Below are positions 1 to 7,062 of a stretch of 20,495 nucleotides of DNA, piece by piece. A model generated the notes under the pieces. The model was given only the letters and a program-made list of their open reading frames with translations. It ran no database searches and had not been told where the DNA came from. How positions within the stretch are numbered: position 1 is the stretch's first letter; the number at the start of each line of letters is the position of its first letter. A program made the translations under genes and the position numbers. Source of the stretch: a bacterium (GTDB lineage Bacteria; Eisenbacteria; RBG-16-71-46); contig JAYWEM010000112.1 of NCBI GenBank assembly GCA_043779265.1, positions 1 to 20,495 of the forward strand. The letters run 5' to 3'.

Positions 1-1
1 T

Positions 2-184
2 CCGTTCGACCGCACGGTGGGCACGGGCAACGCGTGGGAGGACATCGCCACGTATGTGCCTGCGCCGGCTCCGGCGGCCAAGGCGGGCATCGTCGCCTAC
101 GCCGACTCGGCAGCGCTCAAGTACGCGATCGCGGGCCGCGGCAAGACGGCTGCTCTGTCGATCGTCCTCAGCAGCGGTCAGTAA
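2..184 (+). CDS. Type IV pilin, C-terminal part (5' end outside window)
   Basis: Not in the ORF track. Reading from base 2 gives PFDRTVGTGNAWEDIATYVPAPAPAAKAGIVAYADSAALKYAIAGRGKTAALSIVLSSGQ* (TAA 182-184). It shares the PFDRT, GIVAY(A/G)DS and YxIxGxGK blocks with the two downstream pilins. Confidence 0.9.
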   Translation, partial: PFDRTVGTGNAWEDIATYVPAPAPAAKAGIVAYADSAALKYAIAGRGKTAALSIVLSSGQ

Positions 185-189
185 TCCAG

Positions 190-224
190 AGGGAGGGTGG
201 CGAGAGCCACCCTCCCTGCTTCTT
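190..224 (+). terminator. Strong stem-loop after the first pilin (terminator, attenuator or mRNA stabiliser)
   Basis: AGGGAGGGTGGC-GAGA-GCCACCCTCCCT (190-217): a perfect 12-bp stem with a GNRA loop, 5 nt after the stop, followed by an interrupted U-tract GCTTCTT. Confidence 0.65.
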
Positions 225-284
225 CCCCGGCCCGAGAGGGGGCGCCGGCCAGGATCCCATGCACGCCTGCGAGGAGGTTCAGAG

Positions 285-725
285 ATGGTTCGCCAAGAGC
301 GCGGCTTCACGCTGATCGAGCTGATGATCGTCGTCGTGATCATCGGTGTACTCGCGGCGATCGCCATCCCCAACTTCATCTCGATGCAGGATCGCGCGAA
401 GGAAGGCTCCACCAAGTCCAACATGCACAGCTTCCAGTTGGCGGCGGAGGATTGGGGCGTCGACCACGACTCGTTCTACCCGACGCACGCGGACAGCGTC
501 GCCAGCCGACTCCCCAGTGTCACCTATCGGTTCGTGAACCCGTTCGATCGAACAGCGGGATCCGGAAGCTCCTACGAGAACCAGGGCACGTGGGCCTCGC
601 CGATCGCGACTTCGGGCCGCTCCGGCATCGTCGCCTATGCCGATTCCTCACAGCGGATCTACCAGATCGTCGGGCACGGCAAGAACAATGACTTCAACAT
701 CGTCCTGACCAGCGGGACGAACTGA
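285..725 (+). CDS. pilA: Type IVa pilin (PilA-like), 146 aa
   Basis: SD GAGGAGG at 271-277 and ATG at 285. Class III prepilin leader MVRQERG|FTLIELMIVVVIIGVLAAIAIPNF with E5 and P22. Confidence 0.93.
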   Translation: MVRQERGFTLIELMIVVVIIGVLAAIAIPNFISMQDRAKEGSTKSNMHSFQLAAEDWGVDHDSFYPTHADSVASRLPSVTYRFVNPFDRTAGSGSSYENQGTWASPIATSGRSGIVAYADSSQRIYQIVGHGKNNDFNIVLTSGTN

Positions 726-915
726 TCCCGAGAGGATCCGACATGCACCGCTCGCTGGACCATCGCGGCTTCACGCTCATCGAGCTGATGATCGTCGTCG
801 TGATCATCGGGATCCTGGCGGCGATCGCGATCCCCAATTTCATCTCGATGCAGGACCGCGCGCGAGAAGGTGCCGTCAAGTCGAACATGCACACGTTCCA
901 GCTGGCGGCGGAGGA
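300..915 (+). repeat. Diverged direct repeat between pilin 5' ends (300-451 vs 764-915)
   Basis: Hand alignment: 152 nt, ungapped, 19 mismatches (about 87% identical), with a 32-nt perfect block ATCGAGCTGATGATCGTCGTCGTGATCATCGG. Confidence 0.85.
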
Positions 916-1189
916 CTACGCGGTCCAGTACGACAGCCGCTATGCGACCAGCGCCACCGTGGTGGTCAGCCGATCGAGCGCGCTGGGCGGGAACTTCCGC
1001 AACCCGTTCGACCGCACGACGGGCGTGAACAACGCCTACCGGAATCAGGCCGCGTGGACCCTGCCGCTCGCAGTCGGCTCCACCCGGGCCGGCATCGTCG
1101 CCTACGGGGACTCGGCCGGCATGCAGTATCAGATCGCCGGTCGGGGCAAGACGGGCGACCTGCCGCTCCTGCTGCTCGGCACCAACTGA
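743..1189 (+). CDS. pilA: Type IVa pilin (PilA-like paralogue), 148 aa
   Basis: SD AGAGGA at 731-736. Leader MHRSLDHRG|FTLIELMIVVVIIGILAAIAIPNF; paralogous to 285..725 over its full length. Confidence 0.93.
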   Translation: MHRSLDHRGFTLIELMIVVVIIGILAAIAIPNFISMQDRAREGAVKSNMHTFQLAAEDYAVQYDSRYATSATVVVSRSSALGGNFRNPFDRTTGVNNAYRNQAAWTLPLAVGSTRAGIVAYGDSAGMQYQIAGRGKTGDLPLLLLGTN

Positions 1190-1192
1190 CGT

Positions 1193-1211
1193 CTGCGCCC
1201 TTGGGGCGCAG
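1193..1211 (+). terminator. Hairpin immediately after the third pilin
   Basis: CTGCGCCC-TTG-GGGCGCAG, an 8-bp stem 3 nt after TGA. There is no U-tract, so intrinsic termination is uncertain. Confidence 0.4.
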
Positions 1212-1237
1212 GGCGTGGCGAGCAGGGCGCCCGTGAG

Positions 1238-1253
1238 CGGCACGCAGATTGCA
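1238..1253 (+). promoter_or_regulatory. Candidate sigma-54 (RpoN) -24/-12 promoter
   Basis: CGGCACGCAGATTGCA versus the consensus TGGCACG-N4-TTGCW, with exact GG-N10-GC spacing (GG 1239-1240, GC 1251-1252). It is intergenic and points toward the ABC gene. Confidence 0.75.
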
Positions 1254-1357
1254 ATCCGGACTCCGGTGCTTTCGCCCCACGACGGGATGTGCCGCGACAG
1301 GGTTGTCGCACAAGGAGTTGTACCGGTGCCATTGGCGCCGGTGGTCCCGGAGAGCCG

Positions 1358-2398
1358 ATGCCCTCGATCAATCCCAGTTCAGAGCGGCAGGTCCTTGGCC
1401 ATGCGCCGTCCGCGGCCGTGGGCGCGGCGCAGGCTCCGGCCGTCCGGATCCGTGGACTGACCAAGGTCTATCGCCACCCGTGGACGATGCGCAGCGTCGT
1501 GGGGCTGGAGCCGCTCGACCTCGAGGTGCAACGAGGCGAGGTGTTCGGCTATCTCGGGCCCAACGGCGCCGGGAAGACGACCACGCTCAAGATCCTGACC
1601 GGACTGCTGAAGCCCTCGGCGGGGGAGGCCCACCTCCTCGGCGAGTCCATCGAACGCGTCAGCAGTCGCGCCCGGCTCGGTTTCCTGCCCGAGCAGCCCT
1701 ACTTCTTCGACCACCTCAACGGCATCGAGTACCTGGAGTTCGCGGCACGACTCTCGGGCATGCACGCGCATGAGGCGACGCACGCGGCCCGAGGCTGGTT
1801 CGCGCGCGTCGGCTTGAGCGGCCGAGAGCGGCTCGCGCTGCGCAAGTTCTCGAAGGGGATGCTGCAGCGACTCGGACTCGCCGCGGCCCTGGTCCACGCA
1901 CCCGATGTGGTGATCCTCGATGAACCGATGAGCGGGCTCGATCCCTTCGGCCGCCGCGATGTCCGCGACCTGATCCTCGAGCAGCGTCAGCGGGGCGTCA
2001 CGGTGCTGTTCTCCTCGCACATCCTGCCCGATGTCGAGCTCCTGTGTGACCGCGTCGCGATCCTGCTCAAGGGGCGTCTCGAGCGGGTCGCCACGGTGAG
2101 CGAGCTGACCGAGCAGAGTGGAGGGCGCGTCGAGATCCGTTGCGCGAGTGGCGTGATCGCCGAATGGCCCGAGCAATGGCAGCTGCAGCTCGAGCGTCGC
2201 GATGGTCCGGGCGAGACGATCTTCGTGCTCGAGGAGCCGGGGCGTCTCCAGGAGGTCCTGGAGCATCTGCTGAGGCAGCGCGTCGAGGTGCGGGCCGTGA
2301 CTCCGCATCGCCGATCGCTCGAGGAGCTGTTCATGGCCGCAGCCGAGGGCGCGGCGATCCAGGCGCAGCCGGCAGCTGGCGAGCGGAGGTCGGCATGA
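1358..2398 (+). CDS. ABC transporter ATP-binding protein (Myxococcus PilH / Geobacter XapD-like)
   Basis: Walker A GPNGAGKTT, signature FSKGMLQR, Walker B VILDEP, H-loop SSHIL, C-terminal SLEELF. Start placed at ATG 1358 after GGAGAG; the exact start is uncertain. Confidence 0.92.
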   Translation: MPSINPSSERQVLGHAPSAAVGAAQAPAVRIRGLTKVYRHPWTMRSVVGLEPLDLEVQRGEVFGYLGPNGAGKTTTLKILTGLLKPSAGEAHLLGESIERVSSRARLGFLPEQPYFFDHLNGIEYLEFAARLSGMHAHEATHAARGWFARVGLSGRERLALRKFSKGMLQRLGLAAALVHAPDVVILDEPMSGLDPFGRRDVRDLILEQRQRGVTVLFSSHILPDVELLCDRVAILLKGRLERVATVSELTEQSGGRVEIRCASGVIAEWPEQWQLQLERRDGPGETIFVLEEPGRLQEVLEHLLRQRVEVRAVTPHRRSLEELFMAAAEGAAIQAQPAAGERRSA

Positions 2399-3159
2399 TG
2401 GCACTGCTGATCGCGCAGAACACTTTCCGCGAGGCCATTCGCGACCGCGTCCTCGCCGGAGTCATCGTCATGGGGCTGGTGCTGCTGGCTCTGACGCAGT
2501 TGGCGCGGCCGCTTGCCATGGGCGAGGGACTGCGCTTGACCGTCGACCTCGGGCTCTCGAGCATCTCGCTGCTGGGTCTGATCGTCGTCCTGATGGTCGG
2601 CACGAGCCTGGTGGGCAAGGAGATCGAGCGGCGCACGATCTACAATCTGCTGTCGCGTCCTCTGCCGAGACCGGTGTACCTCGTCGGCAAGTGGGCTGGC
2701 CTGACGCTCTCGTTGTGGACCGTCTCGACGAGCCTCGGCGTCGCGCTCTGGCTGCTGCTCGCGGTGCAGGGCCAGGGGGACTACGGAGCCTCGCTGGCGC
2801 AGGCGCTCTATCTCGCCAGCCTCGAGCTGAGTGTGATCACCGCCATCGCCACGATGTTCTCCGCGCTGTCGACGCCGGTGCTCTCCGCGCTCTACACGCT
2901 GGGCGCCTATCTGGCCGGGCAGTGGTCGGGGGATCTGCGCGCGTTCGCTGCACAGGCTCCGGACGTGGTTCGCTGGACGCTCGAGGCGATGGCGAACCTC
3001 GTCCCGAACTTGACGCTGTTCAACATGCGGACGCTCGCGGCCGAAGGCGCGCTCACGAGTCCCGAGCACCTGGGGCTCGCGACGCTCTATGCGCTTCTTT
3101 ACTCCGGTTGTGTGCTCGCACTCGGTGCTGCGGCGTTCGAGTCGAGGGACTTCAAGTGA
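2395..3159 (+). CDS. ABC-2-type permease (PilI-like)
   Basis: ATGA overlap with the ATPase stop. IAQNTFREAIRDR, KEIERRTIYNLLSRPLPRPVYLVGK, several hydrophobic helices, C-terminal FESRDFK. Confidence 0.88.
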   Translation: MMALLIAQNTFREAIRDRVLAGVIVMGLVLLALTQLARPLAMGEGLRLTVDLGLSSISLLGLIVVLMVGTSLVGKEIERRTIYNLLSRPLPRPVYLVGKWAGLTLSLWTVSTSLGVALWLLLAVQGQGDYGASLAQALYLASLELSVITAIATMFSALSTPVLSALYTLGAYLAGQWSGDLRAFAAQAPDVVRWTLEAMANLVPNLTLFNMRTLAAEGALTSPEHLGLATLYALLYSGCVLALGAAAFESRDFK

Positions 3160-3896
3160 CCGTCGTCCGCCGCCGCATGCTGACCGCGTGGGCCGTTGCT
3201 CTCGTCCTCGGCAGCGGTGCGTTCCTCATCGCCGCCCACTCGGCGCGGGCACTGCCGCGGCCTTCGCCGCTTGATGAACTGGCGTACTACCCCTCGGGGC
3301 AGGCGCTGCGTCCGGCGACGCTGGGGCACGCGGAGTCCGCTGCCGATCTCGCATGGATCCGCGCCGTCCAGTACTACGGCGAGCATCGGCTGACTGACAA
3401 CCGCTACGAACATCTGGCGCACGTCTTCGACATCCTCACGTCGCTGTCGCCCGGTTTCGAGAGCGCCTACGTGTTCGGGGCGTTCGCTCTGGCACAGGAG
3501 GGTCGCGACTTCGATCGCGCCTATGCGCTGCTCGAGAAGGGCATCGCCGAGAACCCGCGCTCGGGCCGTCTCTCCTTCGAGATGGGGTTCCTCCACTACG
3601 TGCGCCCCGGAGGGCGAGACCTGCCCCAGGCGGCCGAGTACTTCGAGCAGGCCGCGCGGCTGCCGGGTGGACCCCCGAACGCAGCACGTTTCGCGGCCTT
3701 CGCCCGGCAGCACAGCGGGGACCTGGCCGCGGCCTATCAGCTCTGGAAGGGCATCCACGACGGTTCGGTCAATCCGATGCTCCAGGACATCGCCCGGCGC
3801 GAGATGGACCGCATCGAGGAGGCCATCGTGACCGGCCGCCGCGAGCGGGCGGTCTCCCGGTTGACCACCCCGGTCGTGCTCATCAAGTCGAGGTGA
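3156..3896 (+). CDS. Membrane-anchored TPR-like protein (PilG/XapA-like, pilin-associated)
   Basis: GTGA overlap (alternative ATG at 3177). N-terminal hydrophobic helix, ADLAWIRAVQYYG, and TPR-like helices AYALLEKGIAENP and AAEYFEQAARLP. Confidence 0.75.
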   Translation: MTVVRRRMLTAWAVALVLGSGAFLIAAHSARALPRPSPLDELAYYPSGQALRPATLGHAESAADLAWIRAVQYYGEHRLTDNRYEHLAHVFDILTSLSPGFESAYVFGAFALAQEGRDFDRAYALLEKGIAENPRSGRLSFEMGFLHYVRPGGRDLPQAAEYFEQAARLPGGPPNAARFAAFARQHSGDLAAAYQLWKGIHDGSVNPMLQDIARREMDRIEEAIVTGRRERAVSRLTTPVVLIKSR

Positions 3897-4094
3897 AACG
3901 CGGCGGTACGGGCAGGTTGCAAGGCCCCGTGAAGAAAGCGCTTCAGAACGGAAGTGGAAGGGACGAAAGCAGGGAAGGCAGGCAGGGTGGGGACCGCTCC
4001 GGTCCGATGCCCTCGAGGTCGCGGACGCAAGCTTCCGGATGCTCGCCGGTGAGCATGTCGCCCAGGACCCGCACCGCATCCTAGGGAGTGAACC

Positions 4095-5150
4095 ATGCTC
4101 TTCGGCAAGAAGCAGTCGCTCGTCGGTCTGGACATCGGGAGCCACACCGTCAAGGTGGTGGAACTCGAGCAGCTGTCCAACAAGACCTACAAGCTGACGA
4201 ACTGGGGCATCTCGCAGCCGCTCGCTGAAGCGATCGTGGACGGCGAGATCATGGATCGCCAGCTGGTGACCGATGCGATCTCCAATCTGATGGAGTCGCG
4301 CGGCATCAAGGCCAAGAACGTCGTGGCCGCCGTCAGTGGACGCGCTGTCATCGTGAAGAAGATCACGATGAACAAGCTCTCTGCGGATGACGCCAAGCAG
4401 GCCATTTACTGGGAGGCTGAGCAGCACGTCCCGTACGACATCAACGACGTGTCACTCGACTTCAACATCCTCGGCGACGCGCCGAACGACGACAAGCAGA
4501 TGCAGGTCCTGCTCGTCGCAGCCAAGAAGGACATGGTGATGTCCTTCAGCGACCTCATCCGCGAGTCCGGCCTGCAGCCGAGCGTCGTGGACGTGGACTC
4601 GTTCGCGGCGCAGAACGCCATCGAGGCGAACTACGACTTCGCCCCGGAGGAGGTCGTCGCGATCCTGAACATCGGATCCGAGATGACCAACATCAACATC
4701 GTGCAGGCGGGCGTGCCGTACTTCACCAAGGATCTCCAGGTGGGCGGCAACACGTTCACCGAGGCCGCCCAGCGCAAGTTCAACCTCAGTCAGGCCGAGG
4801 CCGCCGCAGCGGTGCGGGGTGAGTCCGGTTCTGGCCTCGAGGTGTCTCCGGTGATCGAGCAGGCGTGCGAGGGCATCGCGACCGCACTCGAGCGTGCACA
4901 GGCCTATCTCCGCACGGCCGGCGAGGCGGGCAACATCAGCCGCATCCTCCTGTGTGGCGGAAGCTCGATGACCCCGGGCGTGCTCGAGTTCCTGCAGCGC
5001 CGCTTCCAGGCGCCGACGGACCTCGTCAATCCGCTGCAGCGAATCCAGTACGACCCCTCGCTCTTCGCGGGGCAGGACGTGATGAAGGTTGCGCCCCTTC
5101 TCACGGTCGGAATCGGCCTGGCGCTCCGCCGACAGGGGGACAAGCGATGA
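4095..5150 (+). CDS. pilM: Type IV pilus assembly protein PilM
   Basis: SD GGGAG. Actin-like VGLDIGSHTVKVVEL, EAEQHVPYDI, VLLVAAKK, ILNIGS, ILLCGG, VGIGLALR. Confidence 0.96.
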   Translation: MLFGKKQSLVGLDIGSHTVKVVELEQLSNKTYKLTNWGISQPLAEAIVDGEIMDRQLVTDAISNLMESRGIKAKNVVAAVSGRAVIVKKITMNKLSADDAKQAIYWEAEQHVPYDINDVSLDFNILGDAPNDDKQMQVLLVAAKKDMVMSFSDLIRESGLQPSVVDVDSFAAQNAIEANYDFAPEEVVAILNIGSEMTNINIVQAGVPYFTKDLQVGGNTFTEAAQRKFNLSQAEAAAAVRGESGSGLEVSPVIEQACEGIATALERAQAYLRTAGEAGNISRILLCGGSSMTPGVLEFLQRRFQAPTDLVNPLQRIQYDPSLFAGQDVMKVAPLLTVGIGLALRRQGDKR

Positions 5151-5719
5151 TCCGCGTCAATCTCCTGCCGCGTGAGGAGAAGGCCCAGCAGCATTCGATG
5201 TCGTTCGATTTCAAGATCGGCGACATGGTCGTCCCGGGTGTGGTGCTGGGCGCCGCAGCGCTGGTCATCGCCGGCACGGCGATGTCGCAGCAGTCGCGCT
5301 CCTCGCAACTGGGGACGTCGATCGCGCAGGTGGAGCAGGAGTCCCGTGCGCTCGCGCCGCAGATCGCGCGAGTCAATCAGCTCGCCCAGAAGCGAGCGGA
5401 GCTGGATCTCCGCATGGGCGTGATCAACAAGCTCGAAAGAGGAAGGACGCAGAGCGTGCGCCTCATGGATGAACTCGCCCGCTGCGTGCCGGACCACCTC
5501 TGGATGACGAGTACCAGCCAGGATGGCGGGGGATCTCTCACGCTGGAGGGGGTCACTTATTCCAACCTGGTCGTGTCGGACTTCATGTCGCGTCTCGAGC
5601 GTTCGCCGATGTTCGCGAACGTCGAACTCGATGTGGCCGAGCGCGGCCTGGTCACCGACAAACAAGTCGTTCGGTTCCGCGTGAATTGCGCGGTGACGCC
5701 GGACGAGCAGGCCAACTGA
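5147..5719 (+). CDS. pilN: Type IV pilus assembly protein PilN
   Basis: ATGA overlap. PilM-binding motif MIRVNLLP, TM helix, coiled coil, LMDELARCVPDHLWMT, MSRLERSPMF. Confidence 0.93.
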   Translation: MIRVNLLPREEKAQQHSMSFDFKIGDMVVPGVVLGAAALVIAGTAMSQQSRSSQLGTSIAQVEQESRALAPQIARVNQLAQKRAELDLRMGVINKLERGRTQSVRLMDELARCVPDHLWMTSTSQDGGGSLTLEGVTYSNLVVSDFMSRLERSPMFANVELDVAERGLVTDKQVVRFRVNCAVTPDEQAN

Positions 5720-5735
5720 AAGGAGGGTGGAGACA

Positions 5736-6356
5736 ATGAGCAAGATGGATCTTCGCAGCCCCGCCACCCAGAAGACCCTTCTGGCGATCCTGTTCGCTGG
5801 CGGTGCGCTCGGGGTGTTCTTCGGGACCCACCTGGTTCCGTTCGGATACCAGAACGCGAACGAGCGGATCTCGGTTCTCAAGGGCGACTACGAGAAGAAG
5901 TCCACGGAACTGGCGCGCGCTCGCGCATCGGTCGCGGATCTCCCTCGCTTCGAGGCCGAGTACGAGCAGCTGACGCAGCGCTGGGAGCTCGCTTCCGAGT
6001 TGCTGCCCACCGACAAGCAGACTGCAGCGTTGCTTCGCAAGATCACGCTCGCAGGTCAGCAGTCGGGCGTGAACTTCGTGATGTTCAAGCCGAACGGCTC
6101 CAAGCCGCTCGAGTACCACACCGAACTGCCCGTGACGATCTCGGTGACGGGTGGGTACCACCAGGTGGGTTCGTTCCTCGCCGAGCTGTCGAACATGCGC
6201 CGCATCGTGACGGTCTCGAATCTGCGCCTGCTGACGAACACCAAGCAGGACGGATCGAGCACCACGGCTGAGTTCGTCGCATCGGCCTACAGTCTCAACA
6301 CCGCGCCGGTCGCTCCGGCCGCCAAGAAGGAGGACGCCAGTGGCCGGAAGTCCTGA
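5736..6356 (+). CDS. pilO: Type IV pilus assembly protein PilO
   Basis: SD AAGGAGG at 5720-5726 fits ATG 5736. TM helix, coiled coil, ELLP, ELPVTISVTGGYHQVGSFLAELSNMRRIVTV. Confidence 0.94.
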   Translation: MSKMDLRSPATQKTLLAILFAGGALGVFFGTHLVPFGYQNANERISVLKGDYEKKSTELARARASVADLPRFEAEYEQLTQRWELASELLPTDKQTAALLRKITLAGQQSGVNFVMFKPNGSKPLEYHTELPVTISVTGGYHQVGSFLAELSNMRRIVTVSNLRLLTNTKQDGSSTTAEFVASAYSLNTAPVAPAAKKEDASGRKS

Positions 6357-7062
6357 TGGCGGTCTGGGCGAGAAGCTCAAGAGCGCCGTCGTCCAGCGCG
6401 TGATCGGCGCCGTCGTTCTCGTGATCACCGCCGTCATCGTGGGCGGTGTGAAGTGGGGACTCGGTGGCCAGAGCCCGAGCTCGACGGGGGCCAACGCCTC
6501 GTCGGCCGTGGCGGCCCAGGAGACGGACTCGGAGGAGGCCGCATCGCCAGCCGGTGCTGTGGCGCATGCGAACCCCAACGTGGCCCCGATCGCGGGTATG
6601 CAGATCAATCCCCCGGCGACGACCCAGCCGATGGCCGATCTCGCCTCGACGGCGAGCAACTCGGCCCCCGTGGTGTCGTCCGTCAAGCCGGATCCCAAGC
6701 GTGCCTCAGTGCCCGCACATCTCGATGCCCATCTCACCTACCAGTACAACGCGCTCGGCCGCCGGGATCCATTCAATGCGCTCGTGGGCGGGGACTTCAT
6801 CGGTGCCGATGTCGGCGGCGATGCGCCTCCGGATCCGGGCGGCATGAAGGTCGTCGGCATCGTGTGGGGTGCGACTGACCAGTTCGCCATGGTCGAGGAC
6901 GTGCGTGGCAACAGCTACGTGCTGCGCAAGGGTGACAAGGTGCAGAACGGTTACATCGAGAGCCTGAAGCGCGACGCGGTGCTCGTCACCGTGACGACTG
7001 ATGGGCAGAGCCAGACGGTGTCGATCCCGCTCGAGCGGAAGGGAGATTCGAATGCGCGCTGA
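6340..7062 (+). CDS. pilP: PilP-like protein with an N-terminal TM anchor and low-complexity linker
   Basis: GTG start after AAGGAGGA. YQYNALGRRDPF motif and C-terminal beta domain MKVVGIVWG...AMVED..GNSYVLRKGD. Lies between pilO and pilQ. Confidence 0.82.
   Translation: MAGSPDGGLGEKLKSAVVQRVIGAVVLVITAVIVGGVKWGLGGQSPSSTGANASSAVAAQETDSEEAASPAGAVAHANPNVAPIAGMQINPPATTQPMADLASTASNSAPVVSSVKPDPKRASVPAHLDAHLTYQYNALGRRDPFNALVGGDFIGADVGGDAPPDPGGMKVVGIVWGATDQFAMVEDVRGNSYVLRKGDKVQNGYIESLKRDAVLVTVTTDGQSQTVSIPLERKGDSNAR

Noticed and set aside
54..284. N-terminal extension of pilin 2 in the ORF track (and similar extensions at 2140, 2691, 4865, 8813, 9682, 10208, 18223)
   Set aside because: The extensions overlap the upstream genes. 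SD sites, start/stop overlaps or family N-terminal motifs support the shorter starts.
285..1189. Electrically conductive 'e-pilin' (pilin 2 has 14 F/W/Y in 139 mature residues)
   Set aside because: Position 27 is Met rather than aromatic, the pilins are full length, no cytochrome genes are in the window, and the e-pilus criterion is itself disputed.
3905..3921. Second sigma-54-like site GGTACGGGCAGGTTGCA upstream of pilM
   Set aside because: GG-to-GC spacing is 12 nt, not the required 10.
3893..4084. 63-aa ORF filling the pilM leader
   Set aside because: It has a low-complexity Arg/Gly/Ser composition and atypical codons with no motif. Its GTGA overlap means a leader peptide cannot be fully excluded.
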